This document shows positions 11,117-22,868 of a stretch of 64,000 nt of DNA, in pieces. This DNA is from Enoplolaimus lenunculus. Lineage: Eukaryota. Below the pieces are notes generated by a model. That model made no database searches, had not been told where the DNA came from, and saw only the letters and a program-made list of their open reading frames with translations. Each line of letters opens with the position of its first letter. The stretch's first letter is position 1. Location of the stretch: assembly GCA_030248215.1 (NCBI GenBank), contig JASANG010000864.1, forward strand, positions 434,001 through 498,000, given 5' to 3'. The position numbers and the translations under genes were made by a program.

Positions 11117-14100
11117 CTTTGTTTGTTATAGAGCAAATACTTGATTTAAAATTTAAAAATATAATTTCATTAATGTTCAAATTTGAGTACAGTTATAATC
11201 AAATCAAATTATTCTAAGCTGAAATTTGCAAAAAAAATTCAAAATCCAACCACTTCAGCTGCTCAACAGTTTCAGTGAATTAAATCCACAAATGTGATTG
11301 TTTCAGGTATATTCGATCATTCCAATCGGGTGCATTCCAATTGACAACGGTGTTGAAGGTATATTTGATTTGTATGCTACCTCACGGCCCTCAACGCTTT
11401 ACCAGTGTTATTTTATAAACCAATAAAGTTTGGTTGGCAAAACTTTGAAAAAAGAAACATTTTTAAATATACACAGCAAAATGTGGCTGTACGAAGATTA
11501 AAAAATAACCAATTTTACTTTTAAGGCCGCAACAGTCGATTATGCATATTCGTAAGCCTAAGTCACTGCGTTAAAAAAGTGTATTCCTAAGCCTAAGCCT
11601 AGGCAAGAAAATTTCTAAGCCTAAAGCCTAGGCAAGAAAATTTCTAAGCCTAAAGCCTAGGCAAGAAAAACGTAGCCTAGTGTCTAAGCCTATTTTTTGC
11701 AGACCCAATAGAAACCGAGACGGTGCTAAAAGCAACATGTGCCAAAAAATTTGCAAGTGATTGGAAATGCTTAAACGACTTTGTGACTTAGACACTGTGA
11801 GCATTTAACAATTGTAACATATATGCGCAGAGCAAAATCTCCACAAGACGTGACAGCTCCCTCGTGCTTGGGAGTCAAGTTCCTATAGCTCAGTGATCAC
11901 CGTAAACACCTCCCACCCGTGAGACTGGGGTTCGAATCTTACCTTGAAATTACGTCACACTTGAAATTGAAAATATTCATGGGAGAAAGGGTTAATAGCA
12001 TAGGCGTTCGTTTTTGATATGCGAAAAGCGTTTGGCATTTTTTACTCAAACACCAAACTGAATTGACTTTAAGATACAAACGTTCACTGCAGTGAAGACT
12101 CAATAATGGTCGCATTTCGAACACGAAATCCGTTCTCAGGTCGAATATTTGTCAAAGGGATGTCCGACAATCCGGCATGTCTTGAAAGTTACACGAGCAA
12201 CGGTGGCGGAAACGGGGGGCGAGGGCCAACAACGTCGCCTACGATGGAATTTTCGTTTGGAAAATGCAATATGCAGCGATCAAGAACGGTATAAATACTC
12301 GGAATTGTATAGAAAGAATGGGACCAGAAGAATCCGGAAGCGGATATAGTCCCTAAACCCTAATTAGAGTCAATGTATCAATTATCCCTAACTGTAGTGC
12401 ATAAATGACTTCAGGAAAAATAAAGTTGAGTTCGAAACTTTAAAGCATACTTAAGTTTTGAAAGTACATTCTTAAGTAACCGAATAACAAGGGTTCCCTT
12501 TGCTGATGATATATCTGTCTCTCCACATCTGATCTGGGTCACTACAGCAGGTATAAGCTCATTTTTACGCTTAGGCTTAGACTTAGAAATATGCTTATAC
12601 TACAGTTGCGAGCCCTCTTTTATGCATTGGCCGGCGCTGCAAAGTGGGTACAAACAATTAATTCTTACTTTTCAATTGTGTGTCTTTTCATGTTTGGCCA
12701 ATGTAAAAAACAGGGGCGGAACAGTACTATAAGCATATTCCTAAGCGTAAGCCTAACCCTAAGCCTTAGGGTGAAAATGATCATATACTTAACCATATGT
12801 ATAATCCTAAGCCTAAGCTAGTCCCCTGTCTCCGTGTTTGTGGGCCAATGTAAAGAACAGCGATAGAACAGCATTAAAGCCTAAGCCTAAGCCTAAGCCT
12901 AAGCCTAACCGTAAGAATGAGCATATTCCAAAGCCTAAGCCTAATCCTATACCAAGCCAAAAAGTTAGTCTAAAGCTTAAGCTTACACTTTACTAGTCTA
13001 GTTCACCCCACATTATACTAATTATTTTCCTACGCCTAACACCTGTACGCTGTACGTTTTAGGCTTAGGTTAAACCTAAGCCTAGACTCTAAACTTAAGC
13101 GTACCTCTAAGCCTAAGAATCAACTTGTTTAATGTAATCGTTATATCGGGAAACTTTTTCGGGGGGTAAGTAGTGAAGAACTACCAGGAAACGTACCGCG
13201 TTAATCCAAATACCCCATAGGATGTAATGGCCAAAGTACAGAGCAGGGACGGAACAGTATTATAAGCATATTCCTAAGCCTAAGCCTAACCGTAAGAATG
13301 AGCATATTCCAAAGCCTAAGCCTAATCCTATACCAAGCCAAAATTTAGTCTAAAGCTTAAGCTTACACTTTACTAGTCCCACAGAAAAACGTTCCGCCCT
13401 TGATCTTTACATCGGTCACATGTTCCAGCTTTCACCGCAGAAAGGAATGATGCAGTCTATTGTTTTGATCATAAGTTTTCATCCGATATTCATTACCAAA
13501 GTCGACAAAGCGTTCAAAATTCAATGTTTCTATATGGAAACCGATAAGCTGGTCACGTCACAGCTAGAAGTCAGGTAACGGGCAGCTCGTAGCAAAAAAA
13601 ACTGCTGGGGGACAGGGGGATAAGTGCCCCTGGACGAATTTTGGGCCCCCACCTGGAAGAATTTTCACCCACACACTAGTAAATTTTTAACCTTGCTTGT
13701 AAGTCATCGAAAACCCTTCGTATGCTCCTCATGAAAAATGTTTAGCCCAATCTATTAGGTAACCTATGGGCCTGGGTAAGGTAATGGCTCGAAAATTCAT
13801 TAATAGGTTTGGCGGGGTCATACTCTTGTTGCATCCTACATTATTGGATGTTTGCTAGCTTTCTTCAACATTTAAGCTTAGGCTTAGGCTTAGGAAAAGG
13901 CTTTGGTTTAGGTAAAGGCTTACCTATGCCAAAGCTTTTAACTAAGCGTTTGTCTAAGCCTAAGCCGATAGCTTAACCTTAAACGATGGGGAAAGTGAAC
14001 TACATTGTTCGTTCTTGCTAAGACAAAATTGTTTCTCTTAAAATGACCAATCACATTTGGAGCCATGTACCTTTTAGGGACGTCTCGGATTGTGTTGAGT

Positions 14101-17100
14101 GTGTAAAAGAGTAGGCTTAGATTCTAGATTATATTTTTTACTTAGGCAACGTTTAGGCTTTAGTCGTACGCTTAGGAATGCGCTTCATCGACTGTTACGG
14201 CCCTAAAAGTAACATTGACCCACATTTGCATTATTTTCAGTATGCTAACAACAATGGATTTGGGTCAAACTGGCCGTATGCCAACGTGCACTTATACCGT
14301 AAGACGAGGATCACAAGATGGACAGCCGGTTAAATTTGCACGCATTGGCGAACCTGTATATCATGAGTGGACTTGCGACTCAGGTACTTAACCGTTTCTC
14401 ACATGAATATTTTTATTTCCCCTGAAACCTACTTTTATGCTCGGATTCGAACTCCAGTGACTGGAGTGGGAGGCGTATACCGTCACCACTCAGCTATAGG
14501 AGCTTGACGCTCGAGCCCGAGGGGGCTCTCACGTCTTGTGGTGATTTAGTACTATGTATACGTGATGCAATTGTTAAACACGGTGCGATATATACTATTT
14601 AACGTATATACACTGCGCTGAGTTGCCTACAGGCAACTCAATGTGAGAAGGGGTTATACTTAAAATACTTTTTCGACATTGAATTTTGAATTTCTCTAAA
14701 TTTTAAAGCAACCGATTTACTTTTACTACAGGCGAAATAATGCATGTTAATTGTTAACGTTGAGCTCAACGATTTATACGTAAATACAAGCCGGTAGCCA
14801 GTCCACCTTGGTAGGATAGGGCTAAGCATTTTCACGAGCGGCGTGCAAGGGTTTTCGATGACTTACAAGCTAGGTTAAAACTTTTCTAGGGGCTAAAATG
14901 ATTTTAGGTAGGCTATGTCCTCCACTGGTCCTCTCTAACTGCGGGCCGACGTTAAATTAAAAACTAGGGGTGTACTCTACCAAAAGTGGGCAATAGGTTT
15001 TATAATTTTTTGAACCAGTGGATACTGAGGCTCAAAATTGAGCACATTTTTCGCATTTGATTTACTCTACTTATGTACCAATTTTAAGTTCATCAATTGC
15101 AATCGTTAGCGAGTTTGAAAACCTATTACTAACTGATTAACGGTTGCTCATTTCAAAATAGTTGCAAGATTTAAAAGGGAAATAGAACACAAGAAAAATG
15201 TATATTTTTCAAATACGTTTTAGTTAGTCTATCCTTGTGCAATATTACCTGCCTCTTACACATATGCATTATCTGCTGCTTAGATGCGAGGGCCAATGTA
15301 TAGAACAGGGGCGGACCAGTAATATCAGCATATTCCTAAGCCTAAGCGTAAACGTAACAATGAGCATATTCCTAAGCCTAAGCCTAAGCGTAAACGTAAC
15401 AATGAGCATATTCCTAAGCCTAAGCCTAAGCGTAAACGTAACAATGAGCATATTCCTAAGCCTAAGCGTAAACGTAACAATGAGCATATTCCTAAGCCTA
15501 AGCCTCAGCCTAAGCCAAGCAAAAAAAATTAGTCTAAAGCTTAAGCTTAATCTATTCCAATCCCACAGAAAAACATTCCGCCCCTGATCTTTACATTGGC
15601 CGATGCAAGTTAGGATTATTAACGCAATGCAATATTTAATTGCAACTGCACACGGACAGTATTTGTCACATATTTTATTTCAGATACACACCGCATTGTA
15701 GTCAAAGATTGTTACGTGGACGATGGGCAAGGCAACAAATATAACATACTTGATTCGAACGGGTTTGTTTTATGTTTATTGAATACAAATTCAAAATCTA
15801 CGCCCGTATTCTCAAATGTATATAGCAACTATCATCAGTTAGTAATAGGTTTTCAAACTCACTAACTATTGCAGTTGTTGAACTCAAAATTGGCATAGGA
15901 GTAGAACAAATCTTATGCGAAAAATGGCTTGATTTTTAAGCCTTAGCATTCGCTGCTTCGAAAGTGATAAGTCTTATCCCAAACTGTTGATAAGTGCTAC
16001 ACACATTTCAAAATACAGGTCCTAATCTCTATAGGAGACATTACTCGACAGGGCTTTTCTTACTCGGATACTTCCGAATATGAATGAAATTTGCGTACAA
16101 ATTTTGCAATGTTTTCACCAAGCTTAATCAGTGGTTTTGTCGGCTCATGTTAAATTCTAGGAGATTTCTTACTATCCTAAACCTCAACCAAAGCAAAAGC
16201 CAAAAAAACTAAACATAAACGTAACCATAAGCTTAATCCTAAACCTAAGCTAGTCCCCAGTCTCCCTGTTTGTGGGCCAATGTAAAGAACAGGGGTGGAA
16301 CAGTATTAAAGCCTAAACCTAAGTCTAAGCCTAAGCGTGAGTGTAAGAATGAGCATATTCCTAAGCCTAAGCCTAAGCCTAAAATTGAGCCAAGCAAAAA
16401 AAATTAGCCTAAACGCGTAAACTGACTTTTTTCTAATCCCACTGAAAAACGTTCCGCCCATGATCTTCACATGGGCCCCGCTTGTCGTAGGCAGACACCT
16501 ATAATTATAGTGAGCCAGCATTATTAAGAGGGAGAAATCAAATTCAAATATTTGTGCGAAATTTTGAATGGATGCCCAAGATTTCTTAGCTAATCATTTA
16601 GAATAATTATTTCGCGTTTCAGATGTGCCATAGACCCTGTTATCCTGAGTGACGTCACTTATGAACCAGATGGCTACGCTCGTGCTTGGGTCGAAGCGCA
16701 TGTGTTCAAGTTTGCCGACAGACCGTCGGTATTTTTTCAATGTACCGTTCAGTTGTGCAATCGCGGAGAGCAGATTTGCGAACGAACCAGTGTAAGTTTT
16801 TCAAATGCCCACTTGAAATCGTTGAACTTTGAATTTTGTTTCACGAAACCGAAATTAAAATTAAATTTTGCCAGATTTTGAAACAATTTAGAAATTATAA
16901 TTCTATGCAGTTGTACTTGATACAATTTTGTTACCTTTTCCAGTGTGCGACAATTGATTTATCGTGAAACATTATCAAATTTTCGGCCCGGGTAAAGATC
17001 AGGGACTGGTCTGTGAGACTAGAATAAAGTAAGCTTTAGCTGTAGACTAATTTTTTTGTTTGGCTTAGGCTTAGGCGTAGGCTTAGATTTAGGAATACGC

Positions 17101-18853
17101 TCATTCTTACACCTAGGTTTAGACTTAGGCTTAGGCTGAGGAATATGATTATAATGCTGTTCCGCCCAGGTTCTTTACATAGGCCAAATTTTCAAATATT
17201 ATCTTAGTTTTAAATTAAGATTTTCCAAAGTCTAAGGGCCTAGCGCAACTTTTTATATAGTTTTAATGGCTAATGTTACTTTAAGGGGCGTAACAGCAGA
17301 TTTAGCGTACTGCTAAGCCTAAGCCTAAGCCTAGGCGTTGCAAACATGTGTTCCTAAGCCTAAGCCTAAGCCTAAGCAAAGAAATGTAATCTAGAATCTA
17401 AACCTACTCTTTTATGGACCCACCTGAAAGTCCAGCGCCGTCAGTCACTTGGCGGTACGCACGACACCTCAGTGTAATTGACACGCGGCACCAATTGGAG
17501 CCCAAGGGCTCCGAACAAGAAGTACAGCGGCGCGCTAACCAGGGACGAATCCGTTCAAAGTTAAGGTGGGAGGTTGCCAAGTTGAGTCTAACGGTAGAAA
17601 AACAGTACCTAGGCGCATACGCCAAACTGATGGTCTCCAACTCGAAGCGTTTTTTGGCTTTACATTAGACAAAATTTGTTCATTTACGAAAAGGGGTTCA
17701 CGGGCCCCCAGTGAACCCCCCATGAGATCAGCCTCTCGTAACTTTTATTTCAGCCACCACAATGTCAACAAACCGCGTACGTCCTTGAACGGATCGGCGA
17801 ACTACGTCGAACACGACAACCAGCAATTGCTCAAAGCGACAGCTCCGTGGCTCATTCGCACCCTCAAACTGTGTCCAAATTGGACACCAATCAAATCGCT
17901 CCGAAGCACAGCGGATCAGCATCTGTCCCAAGCCATCCTTCAGCCAGTACTGTTCCTTCACTAGAAACCCAATCTGCTAACCATAAACGTTTAACCACTG
18001 ATTCTGTTTTGTTGCATCCTTTGATTACACGACACAGTCTACCCAACGATAGAACTCGTCGGCAACGCGACAGGAATCGTATGCAACTGCCAAACGATAT
18101 TAATCATATTCTTAGCTTAGAAATGCAACCACTTCCGCCGGATAACCAAGATCTATCAGTAGCCGATTCTTTGGACGCTCCAGTGCAAACTAAACATCGC
18201 GAAGCGCACGAATCTATTGCAGTTGCAGTTGCAACTGCACGCAGAAAGCAACAATGGTATCAACAGACTGGCGGCGCTGAAGGCGGCAATAATTCGGTCC
18301 GATGGCCCGATGATAAGCGTCGTGAGCCGCAGCGGTCACAAAGTAGACATGGACTCAGGTCGGCGGAACGCTGGACAAGAATAGCAACTACAACAGGAAC
18401 AACTACAACCACAACAACAACAACAACCACAAAGGCGACAACATCAACAACAACTGCATCGGCAACATCAATATCATCAACAACAGCAATCACAACCACA
18501 CAATCAGCTACAACAACAACAACAACAAAGACAACAACAACAACAAAAACAACAACTGGTGTAACATTAACAACAACAACAACAACAACAACAACAAAAT
18601 TACTACAACCTAAAGCAAAATATCGCACGTTGTATCATCGACTGCGACGAAGGCGACGAGCGATACAACATACGTTGCAGTCGAAACATAACAACTTGCA
18701 GTCGAATACAACAGTGCAACAACATAATACGCTACACAATACAGAACAACACGTACAAGAAAAGAACAATCTGCAACACAACACTATAACGCAACACATT
18801 CAACGACACCACACCCTACGACAACAACACCACCACCATCACCAAGAAGAACG

Positions 18854-18886
<33 letters not shown>

Positions 18887-19097
18887 GCAGCAGCAACATC
18901 GTCGACAACAACAACAACATCAACAACAACAACAGCAGCAGCAACATCGTCGACAACAACAACAACATCAACAACAACAACAGCAGCAGCAACATCGTCG
19001 ACAACAACAACATCAACAACAACAACAGCAGCAGCAACATCGTCGACAACAACAACAACATGCGGAACACGAATCGCATAGCACACGGCAACAACAA

Positions 19098-19156
<59 letters not shown>

Positions 19157-21042
19157 GCAGCAGCAGCAGCAGCAGCAGCAACATCTTCACCAAACAACTC
19201 TATATTCTCAACTGCATCCGGAACCAGAACTAGCGACCGCAAGTGACGTAAAGAAACCTATGTATCCGCCGGAATTACATATCCACGATTGGTCAAAAAG
19301 TTACGCAGCGACATATCACGCTGCAAAAACCAGCAACACCAACAACAGCAATCGCTTGACAAGCAAGCACCCAAATGAAGAGAGTGGACACAAAAAACCA
19401 ACCAGCCACAGAGTTGAAACCGGAACTACACGAACCGGTACCATAGAAACCCATGAAGATGGCATCATCAAAATAAACAATAAAGCTCCAGCCGAGAACA
19501 TACAAACGAAGGAAGGCCGAACAAGAAGACTCGATACGAAGACGAAAAATGAAACCGGAAATATGGGTTTGGAAACGAACGGCGGAACCGGATATTTCGA
19601 CGCTACAACCGAGACGTCTAGACGGTATGACGCTAATTCTGGCATTGACGTTCTCGAAATTGATTTGTTTTCAAACGCGTTTTCGGTGATGGATTTAGAT
19701 ACGATTGGAGATTCTACAGCGGCATCGAGTGCACAAGCGTTAGAAGGTAATCAACAAACTAAACCAAAGTCGAGGAGATGTGAAACGGTTTCAGTTGAGT
19801 TAATTCTAATATCTGTCTAGCAGCAGGAACGTAATTGTAGACGGCTAGAGGTCTGACAAGCTCTAGCTACTTATGTGGGCTGTTGTGCACTGTCAACCCA
19901 CATATGAGGTTAAGTTTAGGCTTAGGCTTAGGTATGAACTTTTAGCAAAACGCTTATGCAAAGCGGCTTATGTATAGATTAGTGGCTGGCGGGTCCTTTT
20001 TCCGTGCGACTGCTATGGAGTAAGCGTAAGCTTTAGACTAATTTTTACTTAGGTTTCCGCTAAGGCTACGCCTAGGTATGGGCTTAATTTTACGTTTCGA
20101 CTTCGGTTTAAGATTACGCTTTAGTATAAGCTCATTCCTACGATTTAAGGCTTAGGATTAACCTTACAAATATGTTTATACTACTGTTACTGTCCTGATC
20201 TACAGGCAGACAACGTTCAGGCATGTGCGTACGAGCAGATAAGCGTTTTCCTAAACGTAAGCATAGGTGTAAATGGGTGGGATATTGTACAAGAGCCATT
20301 TGATGCTTGGCCCGACATCGAGTGCCATAGAGTTATACCTGGTAACCATTGAACTGTCCGAGTTCAAAGTTATATAAAATTTTAGGTTTAAATGAACTCT
20401 TTCTGGTTAAATTAATAGTTCAACGACATAGCAAAACGCTATTATGCCTTGTGGTGATTTTGCTGCGTACACGCATAACAGATAAACACTATGTATGTTG
20501 GTTATTATTTCGAACAGACACGTTTTGTGCGTTTGGACAAGAATTATTGAAAAGTAACTCAAAACTTTCATGGTATGGCAACTTCAAAGATTTCGACCAG
20601 TGTACAGCACAAGGCCGTAACACTATTAAGTATAGTCATATTCCTAAGCGTACATATGAGCTTATACCTAAACCTAAGCCTAAACCTAACGACTGTATTT
20701 CACGTTTTGCATCAATCTATGAATTGTTTTTATCTTCCAGATCTGCTTAGTCGTGGATCAGGTTCAGAAAACGCCAATTCTGGTTTGTCAGCGGCAGCTT
20801 TTGCCGCCGGCGAGCGCAGAAATGCAAAAACCGGAACCTCAGTGATCGAAATGACAGGAGGCGTTTGTATGTCGGCGATGGTTTTCGGGATCATTGTTTC
20901 GTTGGTTGTTGTCATATTGCTAATTGCAGTTGCAGTCGCTTTATTATTATGCTATACTCGACGTCATCATTGTAGCAGTTCACCAATTACGTCGCGTTCG
21001 GCAAGCAGAGCGAGCAGTCAAAATCATCATGGCAGGGTTTGA
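10652..21042 (+). CDS. Cuticlin-family (CUT-1-like) zona pellucida domain transmembrane protein, 9 coding exons, ~1054 aa: join(10652..10717,11307..11358,12074..12288,13429..13574,14241..14383,15684..15762,16623..16791,17754..19746,20741..21042)
   Basis: Spliced translation gives cuticlin hallmarks: IPIDNGVE..C....[46 protein letters not shown]...[18 protein letters not shown]...[25 protein letters not shown], then PPQC, polybasic sites, and GVCMS + TM helix. All introns are GT-AG with matching phases; total 3165 nt. The exact orthologue cannot be assigned by eye. Confidence 0.92.
11034..11112. repeat. (TA)n microsatellite in cuticlin intron 1
   Basis: Direct reading. Confidence 0.97.
11307..11358 (+). 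CDS. Cuticlin exon 2 ([17 protein letters not shown])
   Basis: TTTCAG acceptor, IPIDNGVE motif at the start of the cuticlin ZP-N region, GAAG|GT donor. Confidence 0.9.
11509..11743 (+). mobile_element. MITE family B (cuticlin intron 2)
   Basis: Family body and degenerate TIRs. Confidence 0.7.
11785..11991 (-). mobile_element. Family F piggyBac-like MITE (partial)
   Basis: GAGAAAGGG|TTAA end; tRNA-like A/B boxes on the + strand at ~11886-11938. A further fragment lies at ~21565-21650. Confidence 0.75.
12074..12288 (+). CDS. Cuticlin exon 3 (ZP-N)
   Basis: [36 protein letters not shown]...[16 protein letters not shown] acceptor, ACG|GTATAA donor. Confidence 0.93.
12696..13417 (+). mobile_element. 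Compound family A MITE cluster in cuticlin intron 3
   Basis: Three left-TIR starts (12696, ~12843, ~13229) and one right TIR ending at 13417; flanks TCATGTTT/ACATGTTC. Confidence 0.7.
13429..13574 (+). CDS. Cuticlin exon 4 (ZP-N end)
   Basis: [55 protein letters not shown] acceptor, AG|GTAACG donor. Confidence 0.95.
14060..14220 (-). mobile_element. MITE family B, 20 nt upstream of cuticlin exon 5
   Basis: Perfect TSD CACATTTG. Confidence 0.85.
14241..14383 (+). CDS. Cuticlin exon 5 (ZP-C start)
   Basis: [54 protein letters not shown] acceptor, G|GTACTT donor. Confidence 0.95.
14392..14653 (+). mobile_element. Family F piggyBac-like MITE inserted at a TTAA just inside the exon 5 donor
   Basis: CAG|GTAC-TTAA-CCGTTTCTCAC...GTGAGAAGGGG. 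Confidence 0.75.
15291..15601 (+). mobile_element. MITE family A with internal tandem expansion
   Basis: TIRs GGCCAATGTATAGAACAGGGGCGG / CCGCCCCTGATCTTTACATTGGCC; TSD GATGCGAG/GATGCAAG; 4 repeats of GCATATTCCTAAGCC..GTAAACGTAACAATGA. Confidence 0.85.
15684..15762 (+). CDS. Cuticlin exon 6
   Basis: [33 protein letters not shown] acceptor, GG|GTTTGT donor. Confidence 0.95.
16142..16477 (+). mobile_element. Compound family A MITE
   Basis: Shares the internal junction GTCCCC.GTCTCC.TGTTTGTGGGCCAATGTAAAGAACAG with the copies at 12696 and 26904. Confidence 0.7.
16623..16791 (+). CDS. Cuticlin exon 7 (ZP-C end)
   Basis: [62 protein letters not shown] acceptor, GTAAGT donor. Confidence 0.95.
16985..17185 (-). 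mobile_element. MITE family A (TTAGGC-carrying, TIR GGCC(A/C)ATGTAAAGA(A/T)CAGGGGCGGAAC, 8-bp TSD; Merlin-like)
   Basis: TIRs, perfect TSD AAATTTTC, internal TTAGGC runs. Confidence 0.85.
17754..19746 (+). CDS. Cuticlin exon 8 (1993 nt low-complexity linker: Thr-rich, Gln/His-rich, polybasic sites)
   Basis: TTTCAG|CCA CCA CAA TGT (PPQC) is in frame with ORF 17847..19820; donor GAAG|GTAATC at 19746/7 is in phase with exon 9. Confidence 0.85.
20741..21042 (+). CDS. Cuticlin exon 9 (TM helix and short cytoplasmic tail, stop)
   Basis: TTCCAG acceptor; [38 protein letters not shown]...; TGA at 21040-21042. Confidence 0.92.
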
Positions 21043-21241
21043 AATTTAAAATTTTTTAATTTTTTACGTGTAAATATTGTGATTGTAAAAATTTGCTGGG
21101 ACTACAAATATTACCCTGCTAAACGCTGCTGGAACGGTTATCTATATTATTAAAACTGCAACAGCCCACATACATATTTATGGCAGCATTCCACACTGTT
21201 GTTGTACACGAATTATAGCAGATATATACAGTTTGAAAGCT

Positions 21242-21247
21242 AATAAA
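21242..21247 (+). promoter_or_regulatory. Candidate polyadenylation signal of the cuticlin gene
   Basis: AATAAA ~200 nt after the stop codon. Confidence 0.4.
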
Positions 21248-22171
21248 ACATGATGTTGTAAAGGAACTAAAAGTAAACAATTCTAAATACATTTTTACAG
21301 ATTTGAAATAGAACAGACAAGAAACAGAACCAAAAGATAAGTTTTTTTCAGCTCTTATAATTCATATAATTGAACTAATTAAAGTCAAACCAAATGTAAT
21401 GAAAACTATTGTTTACTTTTTGGGCAGGAGTAAAATTTTTTGGAACAAATATCTAGGCTTGCAAATATGCAACAACGTTGACTACTATTTATTTAAAGTA
21501 GTTTTTATATTATTCTCTATGAACAAGTTAATATTAATTTGGCCCTTAATTTTAACTAAATTTAACCTTTCTCATATGAATATTTTCAATTTCAAATGCG
21601 ACGGTAATTTCAAGATAAGATTCGAACCCCAGTCTCACGGGTGGGTTTTAAACATAGACGAGAGTTGAGTCGATCTAATTTCTGAGCATGATTTCTCGAT
21701 CCAAGTGTAGCGCGTTTGAAGACTTTGCAATAATTATCGCAAAATTGAAATTTATCTCTGCTATAGTATTGACTAAATTTTATGCGCAACCTTCAAATTT
21801 CGCTCACTGTTTGCAGTAAATTTCACCTGCCATTAAGCAGAATATCAAATAGACGCCATTGCAAGGGGCTCGTAAAAGCGGCAGACACCTCCTAACCGGA
21901 ACATAAACAAGTAATAATTTTGGTACATTTTTTACGGCAGCGGACGCAAAGAGGTTATCCCAAGGTTCAGTTGTGTTGGACGCCGGAGCGTCCCTAGGAT
22001 TGATTACTTTGTTTCAAGAGGATCTTTCCGAGTATAAAAGCGATCCGTTCATCCTGAAATGATGGACGGGTATATTCCCATTTTGTGCTTCCCAGTTTAA
22101 TACGTCCATGTTGGGAAAGGTAGAAAGTGCTGAAGAAACTACTATTAGACTGTATATATCGGAAATAGTTG

Positions 22172-22508
22172 TTCCCATGTAAAGATCAGGGGCGGACGGT
22201 TTTTCTGCAGGACTGCAATAGGGTAAGTTTAAGCTTTAAACTTCATTCTTTGCTTAAACTTCGGCTTAGGTGTAAGCTCATTCTGAATACGCTTAGGCTT
22301 AAGCTTTAGACTAATTCTTTTGCTTAGGTTTAGCTTAGGTATGAGCTGATTCTTACGCTTGGCTTAAGCTTTAGACTAATTCTTTTGCTTAGGTATTAGC
22401 TTAGGTATGAGCTGATTCTTACGCTTGGCTTATGCTTTAGACTAATTCTTTTCCTTAGGCTTTGGCTTAGGCTAAGGAATATGCTTGGCTCTGTTCTATA
22501 CATTGGTC
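22172..22508 (-). mobile_element. MITE family A with internal tandem duplication
   Basis: Degenerate TIRs, family A body. Confidence 0.7.
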
Positions 22509-22868
22509 AAATACTTGTCATGTGTTGCTGTTGAATCATATTTATATGTTAAATCCAAACAGTATTTTTATAAAAACATTTCTTTTTAATAAAATGAAAA
22601 TATTTTCAGTCTGGTGACGAAATGTCAAATGCCCAACGGTGCTTAGTTTTTCTAAAATTCAACCATGAACCACAAACAACACCTGACAGCTGTTTACAGA
22701 ATTACGTCAAAAAAGCCGACGTATACGAGTAGGGATGTTAGAAATAACCTGAGCCTGAGCCAGTTTCAAATTAAAATTAGGAGCTTAAAAACTTAAATTT
22801 TATACTAAAAAACATTCATTTGTCAATTTTTACAATAACATGCGTACATCAGATAACTTTTGTTTGGT
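22330..22868 (+). repeat. Inverted segmental duplication, copy 1 (pairs with ~36412-36945)
   Basis: Reverse complement of 36412-36945, including unique (non-MITE) sequence and part of a family A MITE. Confidence 0.9.
22610..22728 (+). CDS. Paralogous copy of the 36550..36668 exon (exon of a paralogue, or orphan duplicated exon)
   Basis: 116/119 nt identical to the minus-strand exon; all 3 differences are at third codon positions; both splice sites intact. Confidence 0.4.

Noticed and set aside
18260..19645. Minus-strand poly-V/poly-L/poly-A ORFs
   Set aside because: Antisense shadows of the (CAA/ACA)n coding repeats in cuticlin exon 8
17847..19820. 657-aa ORF as a stand-alone gene
   Set aside because: It is the internal exon 8 of the cuticlin gene; the true boundaries are splice sites at 17754 and 19746
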